DNA from: the human T2T-CHM13v2.0 reference genome, Homo sapiens | Reading direction: 5' to 3' (one strand) | Assembly (NCBI RefSeq): GCF_009914755.1 | Contig: NC_060926.1 | DNA: 64,000 nt | Part shown: positions 53,213 through 64,000 of the stretch, one piece after another | How the letters are laid out: the number at the start of each line of letters is the position of its first letter | Numbering within the stretch: the stretch's first letter is position 1 | The notes under the pieces: model-generated | Database searches by the model: none | What the model saw: the letters and a program-made list of their open reading frames with translations, nothing else | What the model was told of the DNA's origin: nothing | Program-made: the position numbers and the translations under genes

Positions 53213-53859
53213 ATGGCTTGAACTCTGAAAAGAATAACCAAAAGGTAGTAGTGGTTATTAATAATTTGACTTACTAAGTATATTTTTAGTTCCTTAGAAA
53301 ATAAATGAAGTTATGTAGTTATGCTGATATTAGACCTTCTTCATCATTTGCAAATTAGCAAATTATTATACCTACTTAACAATCTTGGTCCCAGCCCATT
53401 CCCTTTCTCAATGATATCCTGGCTTTGTCTCACAAAGTTCTTTTGTTTGTAGTGGAATCAGGGGAGCTGAATTTTTCCCTATATTTTCTAACGACACAAT
53501 CATATGTTACATTGTCTTGCCAAGGGTCACTTTGCGTGTAGGCTCACTTCGCATGTTACACCATGATATGCTTGGTTCTTCAACACACTCCTTTACTTAT
53601 GCTGATTTGGGGTAAGCTTTCTTATTTAACTGATTAAGGGCTAGAGTCATGTAGGCTTTCCCAGTCTCCACAGACCTTCAGCCTTGATTGTATGGCCACA
53701 AAGTGAGTAAACTTCCTGGTTATTTCTCTTTTTCAGCACTTGCTAACTATTGATGCTTGAATACTGCCAAACTACCAGATAGCAGTCAGGCTAGCTTCAT
53801 AAACAATGTTGGTAAATCTACAAAAACTCGTTTTTTGATGCTGCAAGATTAATGACTAG

Positions 53860-54030
53860 ATATGCACTCTGGCTATTATATGTGGTTAAGTTTAAATTAA
53901 TGTAAATCAAACAATTTTTAAATGTAGCTCTCTAGTCAAACCCATTCCAAGTGTTTGACTCGTGCTTGTTTTTAGATAACAAAGACTAGAATAATTCTAT
54001 CATTGCAGAAAGTTCTACTGGATGGTTCTA
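53860..54030 (-). mobile_element. MER3-like MITE fragment
   Basis: tcattgcagaaagttctactgga terminal motif. Confidence 0.6.
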
Positions 54031-54849
54031 GATCTAGAACATGGTAAATACAATAAAGTACCAGCCAACCTGAAAAATCTTTCTGTTTAGACAATTGGCC
54101 ATTCTCTCCTATCAACATATTACCATCTAGCAAGTTTCTTGCCTAATTTTACATTCCACTAAGTGACATATTATAAATAAGTGTTGAATTGCATGTGTCA
54201 GTATTTTAATGTATAGGCCCTTGCAAGCACATGGGTCAAAAACTATTGCAAAGGAAACAAGAAGTATAATTATTCCAAAAGTTTCTGTTATAAGCTATTC
54301 ATGGTAAAAATAACTAAGCCATCAGTAATTTACTTGGTATGTAAAAAGCCAAATTTCACACTATAGACAAAAGTGGAAGGATTGTTTGAACTGGTATCTT
54401 GGATGGCCTGATAAAAGTGCAAAAATATCAAGTAAATGAAAAAGAGTAAAGCATGCAACATGTAGTTGTCTAGGTTTTTAGGTACCAAAAAAGCAAAAAT
54501 ACATAAGTAAATAACATTTCTTTAAAATGCTAAGAACAGAGAAACTAAAAATGTTCTTGTATAAGACATGGCAAATGAAACTAGCATTTATTCCCCTTTA
54601 TTAATTTGAAATTTATAAAATGGCATTGATATTCTACTTATCTAATGTGTTACATATTTTTTAACTTAGCATACAAGCGTGACAGGAAAAAAAACAAATA
54701 TTTAGCATGCTTTATTGTTAAGATTTGTAAGGTGGCACTAATTTCTTAATGTAATATGCTATTTTAAAATCTTGGCATAAAACGTATATAACCTTATTTA
54801 AATAGTCTCTTATGTGTTGGGACTTTGAATTATCTTCCAAACAGTTATT

Positions 54850-55570
54850 TATTTATTTAATCATTTATACATTTATTTGCTCAACAAATACTTCTGATTC
54901 TCTAACATGAGTCATGCTCTGCTGGGCCCTGAGTGGACAACAGTGAACAAGTTAGATCCACTAGGAATGACTAACATTAATCAAATAACCACTGGTGAAT
55001 TTATACTTACAAAACAGTGAAAACAATGAATTTTATGGAATATTGAAAGGAAACTGAGTTAAAGGAAAGACTTTCCTGAGAAAAGAATTCTTTAAATCAG
55101 TACTGAAGCTTGTGGAACAATGTTCTTACTGAAGAAAGACATGATCTGAATGAAAGCTGGCGTCATGGCGGTAAAGGAAGACATAGGTGGTACCAGTTGA
55201 CACCAAGGACACAGAAGTTGATCAGATTATACATGCCTCTTAGGTCCTGTTGAAACTTTATCTTTAGCACAATGTGAAACCTTGAAAATGGCTTAAATCA
55301 ATAGGAAAATGAAATCAACAGAGACACATTTTGATAAGATAGGTTTTGCTGCAGGATGGAGACTCAGTAACAGGATGGCAGAGTAGATATGGGAGAAAAT
55401 TATGGAAAGCATTTTAGCAGTCGAGATGAGAGAGGACAATACCTTGGACAAAGGTTCAGGCAGTGAAAATAAAGAGAAGTGGATAAAATTTAGAGATCCA
55501 GAAAGTTATAAAGAAACTTGCAATGAATTAAATATACAGTTTAAAGGAAACAGAGATGGCAGAGATAACT
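54850..55570 (-). mobile_element. L2
   Basis: catttatttgctcaacaaatac...acaacagtgaacaag...gagatgagagagg...gagaagtggata. Confidence 0.7.
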
Positions 55571-55743
55571 AATTCATAGAAGTAAATTTTCATAGAATTA
55601 AAAGCATAGATTCACAAAAGTGAATGCATAGGGATCCAATTATTAAGATAGGAGACTATGAAATGATTTTAGGGGAAATGGTATGAGTTTAAATTGAGCA
55701 TAATAATTTTAAGGATGGATGTGGACCTGGGATGACGATAGGT

Positions 55744-55744
55744 C

Positions 55745-55810
<66 letters not shown>

Positions 55811-55821
55811 ATATATATATA
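55744..55821. repeat. (TA)/(TG)n microsatellite with a (TG)19 core
   Basis: Directly visible, uninterrupted purine-pyrimidine alternation. Confidence 0.95.
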
Positions 55822-58565
55822 GATATAATTTATATAATGGTACTCTGTGTCTTCTCTTAAAAGGAAGAAATGAGAGAAATCAGAAAATATGGTTAGTAAA
55901 TAAGAAGTCCACATTGGCATATCAGTCTGCTATAACATCTTTTAAAAAGAGCCCCTTATGAAATCATTCTGAAGGTCAGACTAACACCTGTTGCTTTCTT
56001 AGAGTTTGTGTTTCTGAAATTCTCTGTTATGTAGCAAGGCCAACCACTCCCAATCTATTACTTTCCACATCTGGTATTACAACATGCAAATTATCAAGTA
56101 AAGTTTGCCACAGTTGGCCTTGGCTGACCATTTCCCACTTTGCATATTATATTCTTTTACAATCTAATTAATAATATATTAAACCTGAGCATTTGCAAGA
56201 CACACTAGTACCATTTTAACTTTTCTAGATCCTGACAATGGAGTTTTATTAATAATTCATAACAGTGTGCTAAATAATGAAAGCTCTGCCAAAGTGTCTG
56301 TCATGTCATCCAACCCAGACCCTTCCTGAGACCTGGCCTTCCTTGTTGTACACAAATGCTATTGGCAGAACTCCATAGGAAAACATGTTTCTGCCAATCA
56401 AATCCCAGGAGGTGGGGGCTACCTGCTGATGAATCCACATTGCTGATTCAATTCTGCAAAACATAAAACTCCATAATAAATATTTTCTAAAACAAAACAT
56501 GGTACCTGAATGTTGAAATGTAAATAAAAATGAATTAACTATACAGCCATGAGTGTTTAAAAAGAAGGGTGAAAATTTTATTTGAAGAAAAGGAGAGCAT
56601 ATAGAGAAAATGTGCATTACCCACCAGGCTCAGGAATATACAGTGCATTATTATAGTGCGTTATTTTATAATCCTTAATATATTTAGAACACTGGTAGCT
56701 GACTAGGAGAAAAGATTAAAAACAGAGACAGAGAGTGACATCAGCAAGATGGTGAAATGGGAGATCCTAGCTCCCAGTCCCATGAAAAACACTGATTTTT
56801 ATAACCACTTATGGGCAAGAATACCTCTGTGAGAGTGCTTGAGTCTGCCTGAGGTTCCAGCACCTAAGTGGAGTAAAAAAAATCCAAGAGTGGACGCATT
56901 AAGAAGGTAGGAATCAGCTTCACTTTATCTGCATCATTCCTCCCTCAAGGCAGCACAACTCTGTGTCGAGAGGCCCACTTGGCTCACCGTTACTTCTACA
57001 GGAGAAAGTGAGACAAATGCAATAACTCTGCTTCCCCAGACTTGCAGGATATTGCCTAGGAGACCTACTTTTGTCTCTCCCCACCCAGAACACTGAGGGG
57101 ATTTGCACTGCTGAATCATCAGGAACATCTAGGAGCAAGGTGACAGCGAAGGAGTGCACAGCAGCCAGTCCCTTGCTCTCAATAACCTGCCGTCATTCCT
57201 GCTAACCAGCTCATAGGCTCCTCCAAAAGGCCAGACTACTAAGAAAAGATTAAGCTGACTAAGCTAGATTAAGAAAGCTTGATTAAGAAAAAAAGAGGAC
57301 TCAAATGAACATAATTATAAATTAAAGCGGAGACATTACAACTGATACCACAGGAAAAAAAAAGATCGTAAGACTATTATGAACAATTATGTGCCAACAC
57401 ATTGTATAACCTAGAAGTGGAAAAATTTCCAGAAACATACAACGTACAAAAACTAAACAATGAAGAAACAGAAAATCTAAACAGTACAATATTAAGTAAG
57501 AAGATTGCATCAGTAATCAAAAATTTTCCCCAAAGTAAAGCTCATGACAGATGGTTTCATTGAGGAATTCTACCAAACATTTAAAGAAGAATTAATGTCA
57601 ATCTTTCTCAAACTTTTCCCAAAAAATGAGGAGGGAACAGTTCCAGATTCATTCTGAGGCTAGCAAAGAACACTACAAGAAAAGGAAATTACAGGCCAAT
57701 ATTCCTGATGAACGTAGATGCAAAATGTTTTGACAAAATACAGCAAACAAAATTCAAAATCACCTTTGAAGGATTATACACCATGATCAAGCACAACTTA
57801 TTCTGGGAATACAAGGATGATTTGACATATGCAAATCAATAAGTGTGCTACATCACATTAATGGAATGAAGGACAAAACCATATGATTATTTCAACAGAT
57901 GCAGAAAAAAACATATGACAAAATTAATCATCCTTTTATGATAAAAACTCAACAAATTAGGTATAGAAGGGTTGTACCTCAACATAACAAAGTGCCTAAG
58001 TGGCAAGCCCACAGCTAACATTATAATTAATGGTGAAAAGCTGAAAGGTTTTTCTCTAAGATCAGGAATAAGAGAAAGGATGCTTACTCTTACCACTTTT
58101 ATTTATCATGTATTGGAAGCTCAGTCATAGAAATTAGGCAAGAAAAATAAATGAAAGGCATCCAGATTAAAAATGAAGAAGTGAAAATATGTTTTCTGAT
58201 GGCATAATCATATAAATAGAAAATCCAAAAGACTCTACCAAAAAACTGTTAGAATAGATAAATCCCATAAAGTTTCAGAATACAATATCAATATACAAAA
58301 ATCAGTTATGTTTTATACCCTAACAATGAACTATCTGAAAAAAATTAAGAAAATAATCCCATTTATAATAGTATCAAAAAGAATAAAATACTTAGGCATA
58401 AATTTAAATAAGTTGATAAAAGACTTGTGCATGGAAAGCTGTAAAACACTGATGAAAAAATTAAAGTACACACAAATAAATGGAAACATATCTTATGTCC
58501 ATGGGTTGGGAGAATTAATATTGTTGAAATGTCCATACTGCCCAAAGCAACCTAGAGATCTAATG

Positions 58566-59060
58566 CAATACGGTTCAGGACATGCTACCCCAAAACATGG
58601 CACCTTGGCATCTGAAAAAACAGATGAAGAAGAAAAGTCTCTCTGACCTTGTTGCATTGTTTCCCCCTGAAGTTGGCCACATAAGAATTCTTTAACCCTT
58701 TTCTAAAGTAGGTCATAAGACTGTCTTTTTAGAGGGGTCCTCCCTATACCTGGAGAAAAGGAATGAAGGCATAGAAACACCAAGAAGAATCTTAAGAGAA
58801 AGGCCTTTCTGAGTTCCCTTCAGTTTGTTACCATTAGATCATATTATTTTGCTCTCTAATTATACTTCTGCATGACTGTTTGCAAAAATACATAGTTCTC
58901 CCTGTTACCTTGGGTGTTCCTTTCCAAAGCCTCCTGTGTCACATAAAACTTTTATTAAATATATTTGTTATGCTTTTCTCTTGTTAATCTACCTTTTGTT
59001 ACAAGGATCTCAGTCATGAACCTAGTAATGGATGAGGAAAGAAATCTCTTCTCCCAAACA
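58566..59060 (+). mobile_element. MER31-like ERV1 solo LTR inside L1MA
   Basis: ggttcaggacatgctaccccaaaacatggcaccttggca; 4-bp TSD AATG at 58562-58565 and 59061-59064. Confidence 0.75.
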
Positions 59061-60420
59061 AATGTGATCCCTATAAAAATTCCAATTACATTTTTTATTG
59101 AAGAAGTAAAAGTAATTCTAAAATTCATATGGTATTACAAAAGTCCCAAATAGTCAAAGCGATATTGAGCAAGAAGAACCAAGGTGGAGGCATCACACTT
59201 CCTGATTTCAAATTATATTACAAAGCCATAATAAACAAACAGTACAGTCTGACACAAAAACAGACATACAGACCAATGTAACAATAAAAAACCCAGAAAT
59301 AAACTTACATTTATATATTCAACTAATTTTGGACAAAGATACCAAGAATACACAATGGAGAAACGATAGTTCTTTGGTAAGTGTGCTGAGAAAACTGAAT
59401 ATCTACGTGCAAAAACATTAAAACTGGACCCTTATCTTACATCATAAACAGAAATCAACTAAAAGTAGAATAAATATGTAGACATAAAGCCTGCAACCAG
59501 AAAACTAGTAGAACACAATGTAAAAGAAAAGCTCCTTGACATTGGTTTTGGCAATTTTTTTTTATATGACACCAGAAACACAGGCAATATAACCAAAATA
59601 AACAAGTAGGATCATATCAAAATAAAAAGCTTCTGCCCAGGAAACAAAACATTCAACAAAATGAACAGGCAACTTATGGAAGTAAAGATTTGCAAAACAC
59701 GTATCTATCTGATAAGGGTTACTATACAAAATACATAAGAAACTCATACAACTGAATAGCAAAACAGACCCAAACAAAAACCAAATAACCTTAACAAAAA
59801 TGGGCAAAGACCTGAGTAATTTGTCTAAAAACGACATACAAATATGTAACAGATATATTAAGAAGTGCTCAACATTGCTAATGATCAGGAAAATCCAAAT
59901 CAAACTGCAGTGATTTATCGTCTCACAACTGTTAACATGGGCTATTATTTTACAAAAAAAAAAAAGAGAGAGAGAGAGACAACAAATTTGGTGAGAATGT
60001 GGGCAAAAGAGAGTCCTTACACATTGTTGGTGGGAATGTAAACTGGTGAAGACATTATGGAAAACATAATGGAATATGCTGAGGAAACATACAGGGTTTA
60101 ATGAAGGAGTTAAAGCTAGAAAAACTGTATGACCCAGCAATCCCAATGTTGTGTATATATTCAAAGGAATTGAAAGAATCTTGAAATATCTGCATTCCCA
60201 TGTTCATTGCAAAATTATTTACCATATCCAAGATAATTCAACCTTAAATGTTCATTGATAGATGAATAGATTAAGAAAGTGTCATATATTCTTACAATTG
60301 AATATTATTCAGCCTTTTAAAAAAGGAAATTCTATCATTTGCAACAACATAATGCCTAGAGGACATTATGTTAAGTGACGTAAGCCAGGCACAGAGAGTA
60401 TTTGTCTCTTACTTACATGA

Positions 60421-60786
60421 GAGTTTTAGTCTGTTCAGGCTGCTATAATAAAATATCATAGACTAGGTATCTTATAAACAATATAAATTTATATTTCTCA
60501 GAGTTTTGGAGGCTGGAAAGTCAAAGATCAAGACATAGGCCATTTCCATGTCTTGTGAGGGTCTACTTTCTATTTATAGATGGCACATTGTCATTGTGTC
60601 CTCACGTGGTAGAAGGGACTAGCTAGCTTCTAGGATCTCTTATAAGAGCACAAATCCCAATACTGAGGGCCTTGCTCTTATAATCTAATTACCTCTCAAA
60701 GGCCCCACCTCCTAAAACCATCACCTGTGGGGTGAGGATTCAACATATGAATTCAAGGAGCAGGCACAAATGTTTAGACCATAGAA
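60421..60786 (-). mobile_element. MLT1A0-like MaLR LTR inside L1MA
   Basis: ttagtctgttcaggctgctataataaaatatcatagact...ggccccacctcctaaaaccatcacc...tagaccatag. Confidence 0.8.
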
Positions 60787-61315
60787 ATGTAAAATCTAAA
60801 ATAGTCAGACTTAGGGAAGCAAAGCAGCATGGTGGTTGCCAAGGGCTTGAGTGAGGAGAAAATGAGGAGGTGATTTTTAAAGGGTATGAAGTTTCTGTTA
60901 TACAAGATAAGCAAGTTTTAGAGACCTACTGTACAGCATAGTGCCTATAACTAACAATACTGTACTGCTATATTTTATACTTAAAATTTGCTAACATGAT
61001 AGATTTTATGTTAAGTGTTCTTACCAAAAAGTTCCCCCAAACCACAGATTGTTTATAATAAAGGGGGTGGGAGGAAGCTTTCAGAGGTGATGAATATGTT
61101 TATGTCCTCTATAGTGGTGGTGGTTTCACAGGTGTATGCTGCTACCCAAGCTCATGATGTATATATTAAATATGTACAGATTTTTATGTGTCGATTATAC
61201 TTCAATAAAGTGGTCAAATAAATAAATTCCCCTTAAAATAATAAAAGCAGGAAGGGAGTATATATTTTTTCAAAATGGCAGTTCCTTAAAGCTGTGGTTT
61301 TCAACTTTGCTTATT

Positions 61316-62497
61316 CAATCATTTGTTGCTTAACGAGGATATATTCTGAGAAATGCATCATTAGGCAATTACTTCATTGCACAAACATCACAGAGTATAC
61401 TCACACAAATCCAGATGGTATAGCTTACTACACACCTAGGGCTATGTGGTATAACTTATTGCTTCTAGGCTACAAACCTGTTCAGTGTGTGACTACACTG
61501 AATACTGTAGGCAACTGTAGCACAATGTTAAGTATTTGTGTAAATAAATATATCTAAACATAGATGAGGTACAATAAAAACCAGTATAAAAGATAAAAAA
61601 TGGCACACCATTTGGTAGGATAACTACCATTAATGGAGCATGAAGGACTGAAAGTTGCTTTGGGTGAGTAAGTGAGTGATGAGTGAACGTGAAGCCCTAG
61701 AACATTACTCTATACTACTGTAGACTTTATAAACACTGCAAACTTAGCCTTTCCTAAATTTATTTAAATTTTTTTCAATAATACATTAACTTTAGCTTAC
61801 TGTAAACTTACTTTAAAGCATTTTTATATTTTAAAATTTTTTGATTCTTAAAATAACACAGCTAAAAATGCAGCTGTACAAAAATATTTTTTATACCCTT
61901 ATTCTGTAAGTTTGTTGCTATTTTCAATTTTTTTCTTTTACTTTTTAAACACTTGTGTTAAAAACTAAGGCACGAACACACACATTAGCCTAGGCCTGCA
62001 CAGGTCAGAATTGTCAGTATCACCATTGTCCACCTCCGTATCTTATCCCACTGGAATGTCTTGAAGGGCAATAACAAGCATGGAGCTGTCATCTCCTATG
62101 ATGAGAATGCCTTCTGGAATACCTCCTGAAGGACCTACCTGAGGCTGTTTTACAGGTAACTTCTAAAAATACATAAGTAGAAGGAGTACACTCTAAAATA
62201 ATAAAACATATGGTATAGTAAATGCATAAACTAGTAACATAGTTGTTGATTATCATTATCAAATATGTACTATATATAATTGCATAGGATATACTGTTAT
62301 ATGACTGGCAGCACAGTAGGTTTGTTTACACCAGCATTTCCATAAACATATAAATAATGCATAATTCTACAACTTTACAATGTATACTACAATGTCACCA
62401 GGCAATAGAACTTTTTCAGCTCCATTATAATCTTATGGCACCACCAACATATATGCAATCTGTATTGACCAAAAAGTCTTTAGACAGGTGATAACTA
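61316..62497 (+). mobile_element. Tigger3b-like (~1.2 kb) non-autonomous DNA transposon, inserted in a MER5-like element (~61290-62650)
   Basis: gcttaacgaggatatattctgagaaatgcatcattaggcaat...ctaggctacaaacctgt...cagctccattataatcttatgg. Confidence 0.88.
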
Positions 62498-63470
62498 TAT
62501 CAGTAACCTCTGGGGAACATTTAAAAATTTCCAATGTCCTAACATCATCAGCCAAGCTTCTGATTTAATGAATATGAGATGTAGTCTGACCATCAGATTT
62601 TTTTTCTTTTTATTTCACCTAATGTAATTCAAAGATGATTGACACCACTGCATTAGAGTCGTCTTCTCAACAATGTGGATTAAAGAGGCAAACAAACCGT
62701 AGGTGGATTTGTGCTTTCCTGAACCAAACCTATGTTAAGTGTTTGACTTGGAGATTTATCTAAATAAATGAGGGCAAGCTACAATTTCTAATTGACAAGT
62801 AAAGTCTAAGACACTGACTAATACAGGTTGGTTTCTCTCATTGATTGGATTAAAAGTTCTCACCTCATGAAAGTACAATAGAGTGTGTAAACTCGGATTT
62901 TCAATTAGAAAGTAACTCTCTTTCATCTAAGCAAATTTCATGTTTCCAGTTCTTACAGATTTAATCCTTAAAGCCAGAATATTTATGAATAAGAACACTG
63001 CAATTTTCACTTTTTATTCTAGAATGAATAGACTTGACAGTAATCTCAGCCTCTTTTCAAATTTTAAGTAATTAGATGCCAAATAATATTTCCCTACTGC
63101 CCTAAGGAATTAAGCACCAAGTTTTTCCCTATCAAGGACTCCCTTCAGTGGAGATGTACATTCTCTGAATTGTCAATTCTTGAGTCATAATAGTGGCTCT
63201 CATGTTCTTTTAGATTTTCAAGATGGAAAACTCATATTTAGTTATATCATCCTGTTTACTTCCCACAAGTGATCTGTCATCAAATCTCATATTTTCCTGA
63301 GAAGTATCTCTTAGATTCTCCAGTTGCTTCTTGTTACCAAGACTTCATCTAGAACATCCTCACTACTTTTTGGGACAAATTTTTTATAGGATGAGTCAAC
63401 ACTTTAAAATATAAATTTTACCAAAATCTCTTTGTCAAGAGTATATAATTGTTCTATGTCACTGATAAGG

Positions 63471-63863
63471 TGATATGGTTTGGCTGTGTCCCCACCCAGA
63501 TCTCATCCTGAATTATAGTTCCCATAATCCCCACATGTCGTGGGAGGGATGTCGTGGGAGGGACCCAGTGGGAGGTAACTGAATCATGGGGCAGTTACCC
63601 CAGTGCTGCTGTTCTCATGATAGTGAGTGAGCTCTCACAAGATCTGATGATTTTATAAGGGGCTTTCCCCCCTTTTGCTGGGCACTTCTCCTTGCTGCCA
63701 CAATGAGAAGAAGGACGTGTTTGCTTCCTCTTCCTCTATGAATTTTAAGTTTCCTGAGGCCTCCCCAGCCATGGTGAACTGTGAGTCAACTAACCCTCTT
63801 TCCTTTATAAATTATCCAGTCTTGGGGATGTCTGTATTAGCAGCATGAGAATGGACTAATACG
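63471..63863 (+). mobile_element. THE1 (D-like) solo LTR
   Basis: tgatatggtttggctgtgtccccaccc...ggactaatacg; internal 14-bp tandem duplication tgtcgtgggaggga. Confidence 0.92.
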
Positions 63864-64000
63864 TAGGCAAACTCCAAACTCCAGAATGCTTTCCTTTTTA
63901 ACAAATAAAAGTTAAACAGTGTCTTAACTTCTTCCACTAACATTTACTTACTGTACTTGAAAATTACCCAAAGGAAAACAAACTCTTTTAGTTATATGAA

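Larger units (their letters stand above)
56730..61226 (+). mobile_element. L1MA (L1MA6-8-like): 5'UTR fused to mid-ORF2, with ORF1 and endonuclease deleted
   Basis: 5' end gagtgacatcagcaagatgg; ORF2 from ~57270 (ggagacattacaactgatacc); 3' end gattatacttcaataaagtgg. Confidence 0.87.

Noticed and set aside
59562-60164. 200-aa hydrophobic ORF
   Set aside because: Antisense reading of A-rich L1 ORF2, a common artefact

Overview
Primate (almost certainly human) AT-rich, CpG-poor genomic DNA dominated by interspersed repeats. An AluYg6 copy, a subfamily reported as human-specific, supports the human assignment. I see no intact protein-coding gene, RNA gene, CpG island or CRISPR array. The one gene-derived sequence is a disabled processed pseudogene of GGCT (gamma-glutamylcyclotransferase), minus strand ~17767-18817, with polyA signal, A-tail remnant and a 16-bp TSD, inserted in an ERV1 LTR. 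It seems to preserve a junction that skips the 3' part of exon 2, possibly a fossil of an alternative splice form. The remainder consists of old L1 copies, Alus (J, Sx, Sg, Sc, Yg6, FRAM), MaLR elements (one full THE1 provirus, solo THE1 LTRs, truncated MSTA, MLT1A0), ERV1 solo LTRs, DNA-transposon MITEs, MIR and L2. I did not find a novel biological system. The notable signals are evolutionary and repair scars: the splice-like pseudogene junction, a local 233-bp duplication, templated insertions at deletion junctions, a possible 5'UTR-only L1 insertion, intact DUX4 motifs in solo THE1 LTRs, and a young, possibly polymorphic Alu. Repeat subfamily names and GGCT comparisons come from recalled sequences and need RepeatMasker/BLAST confirmation.
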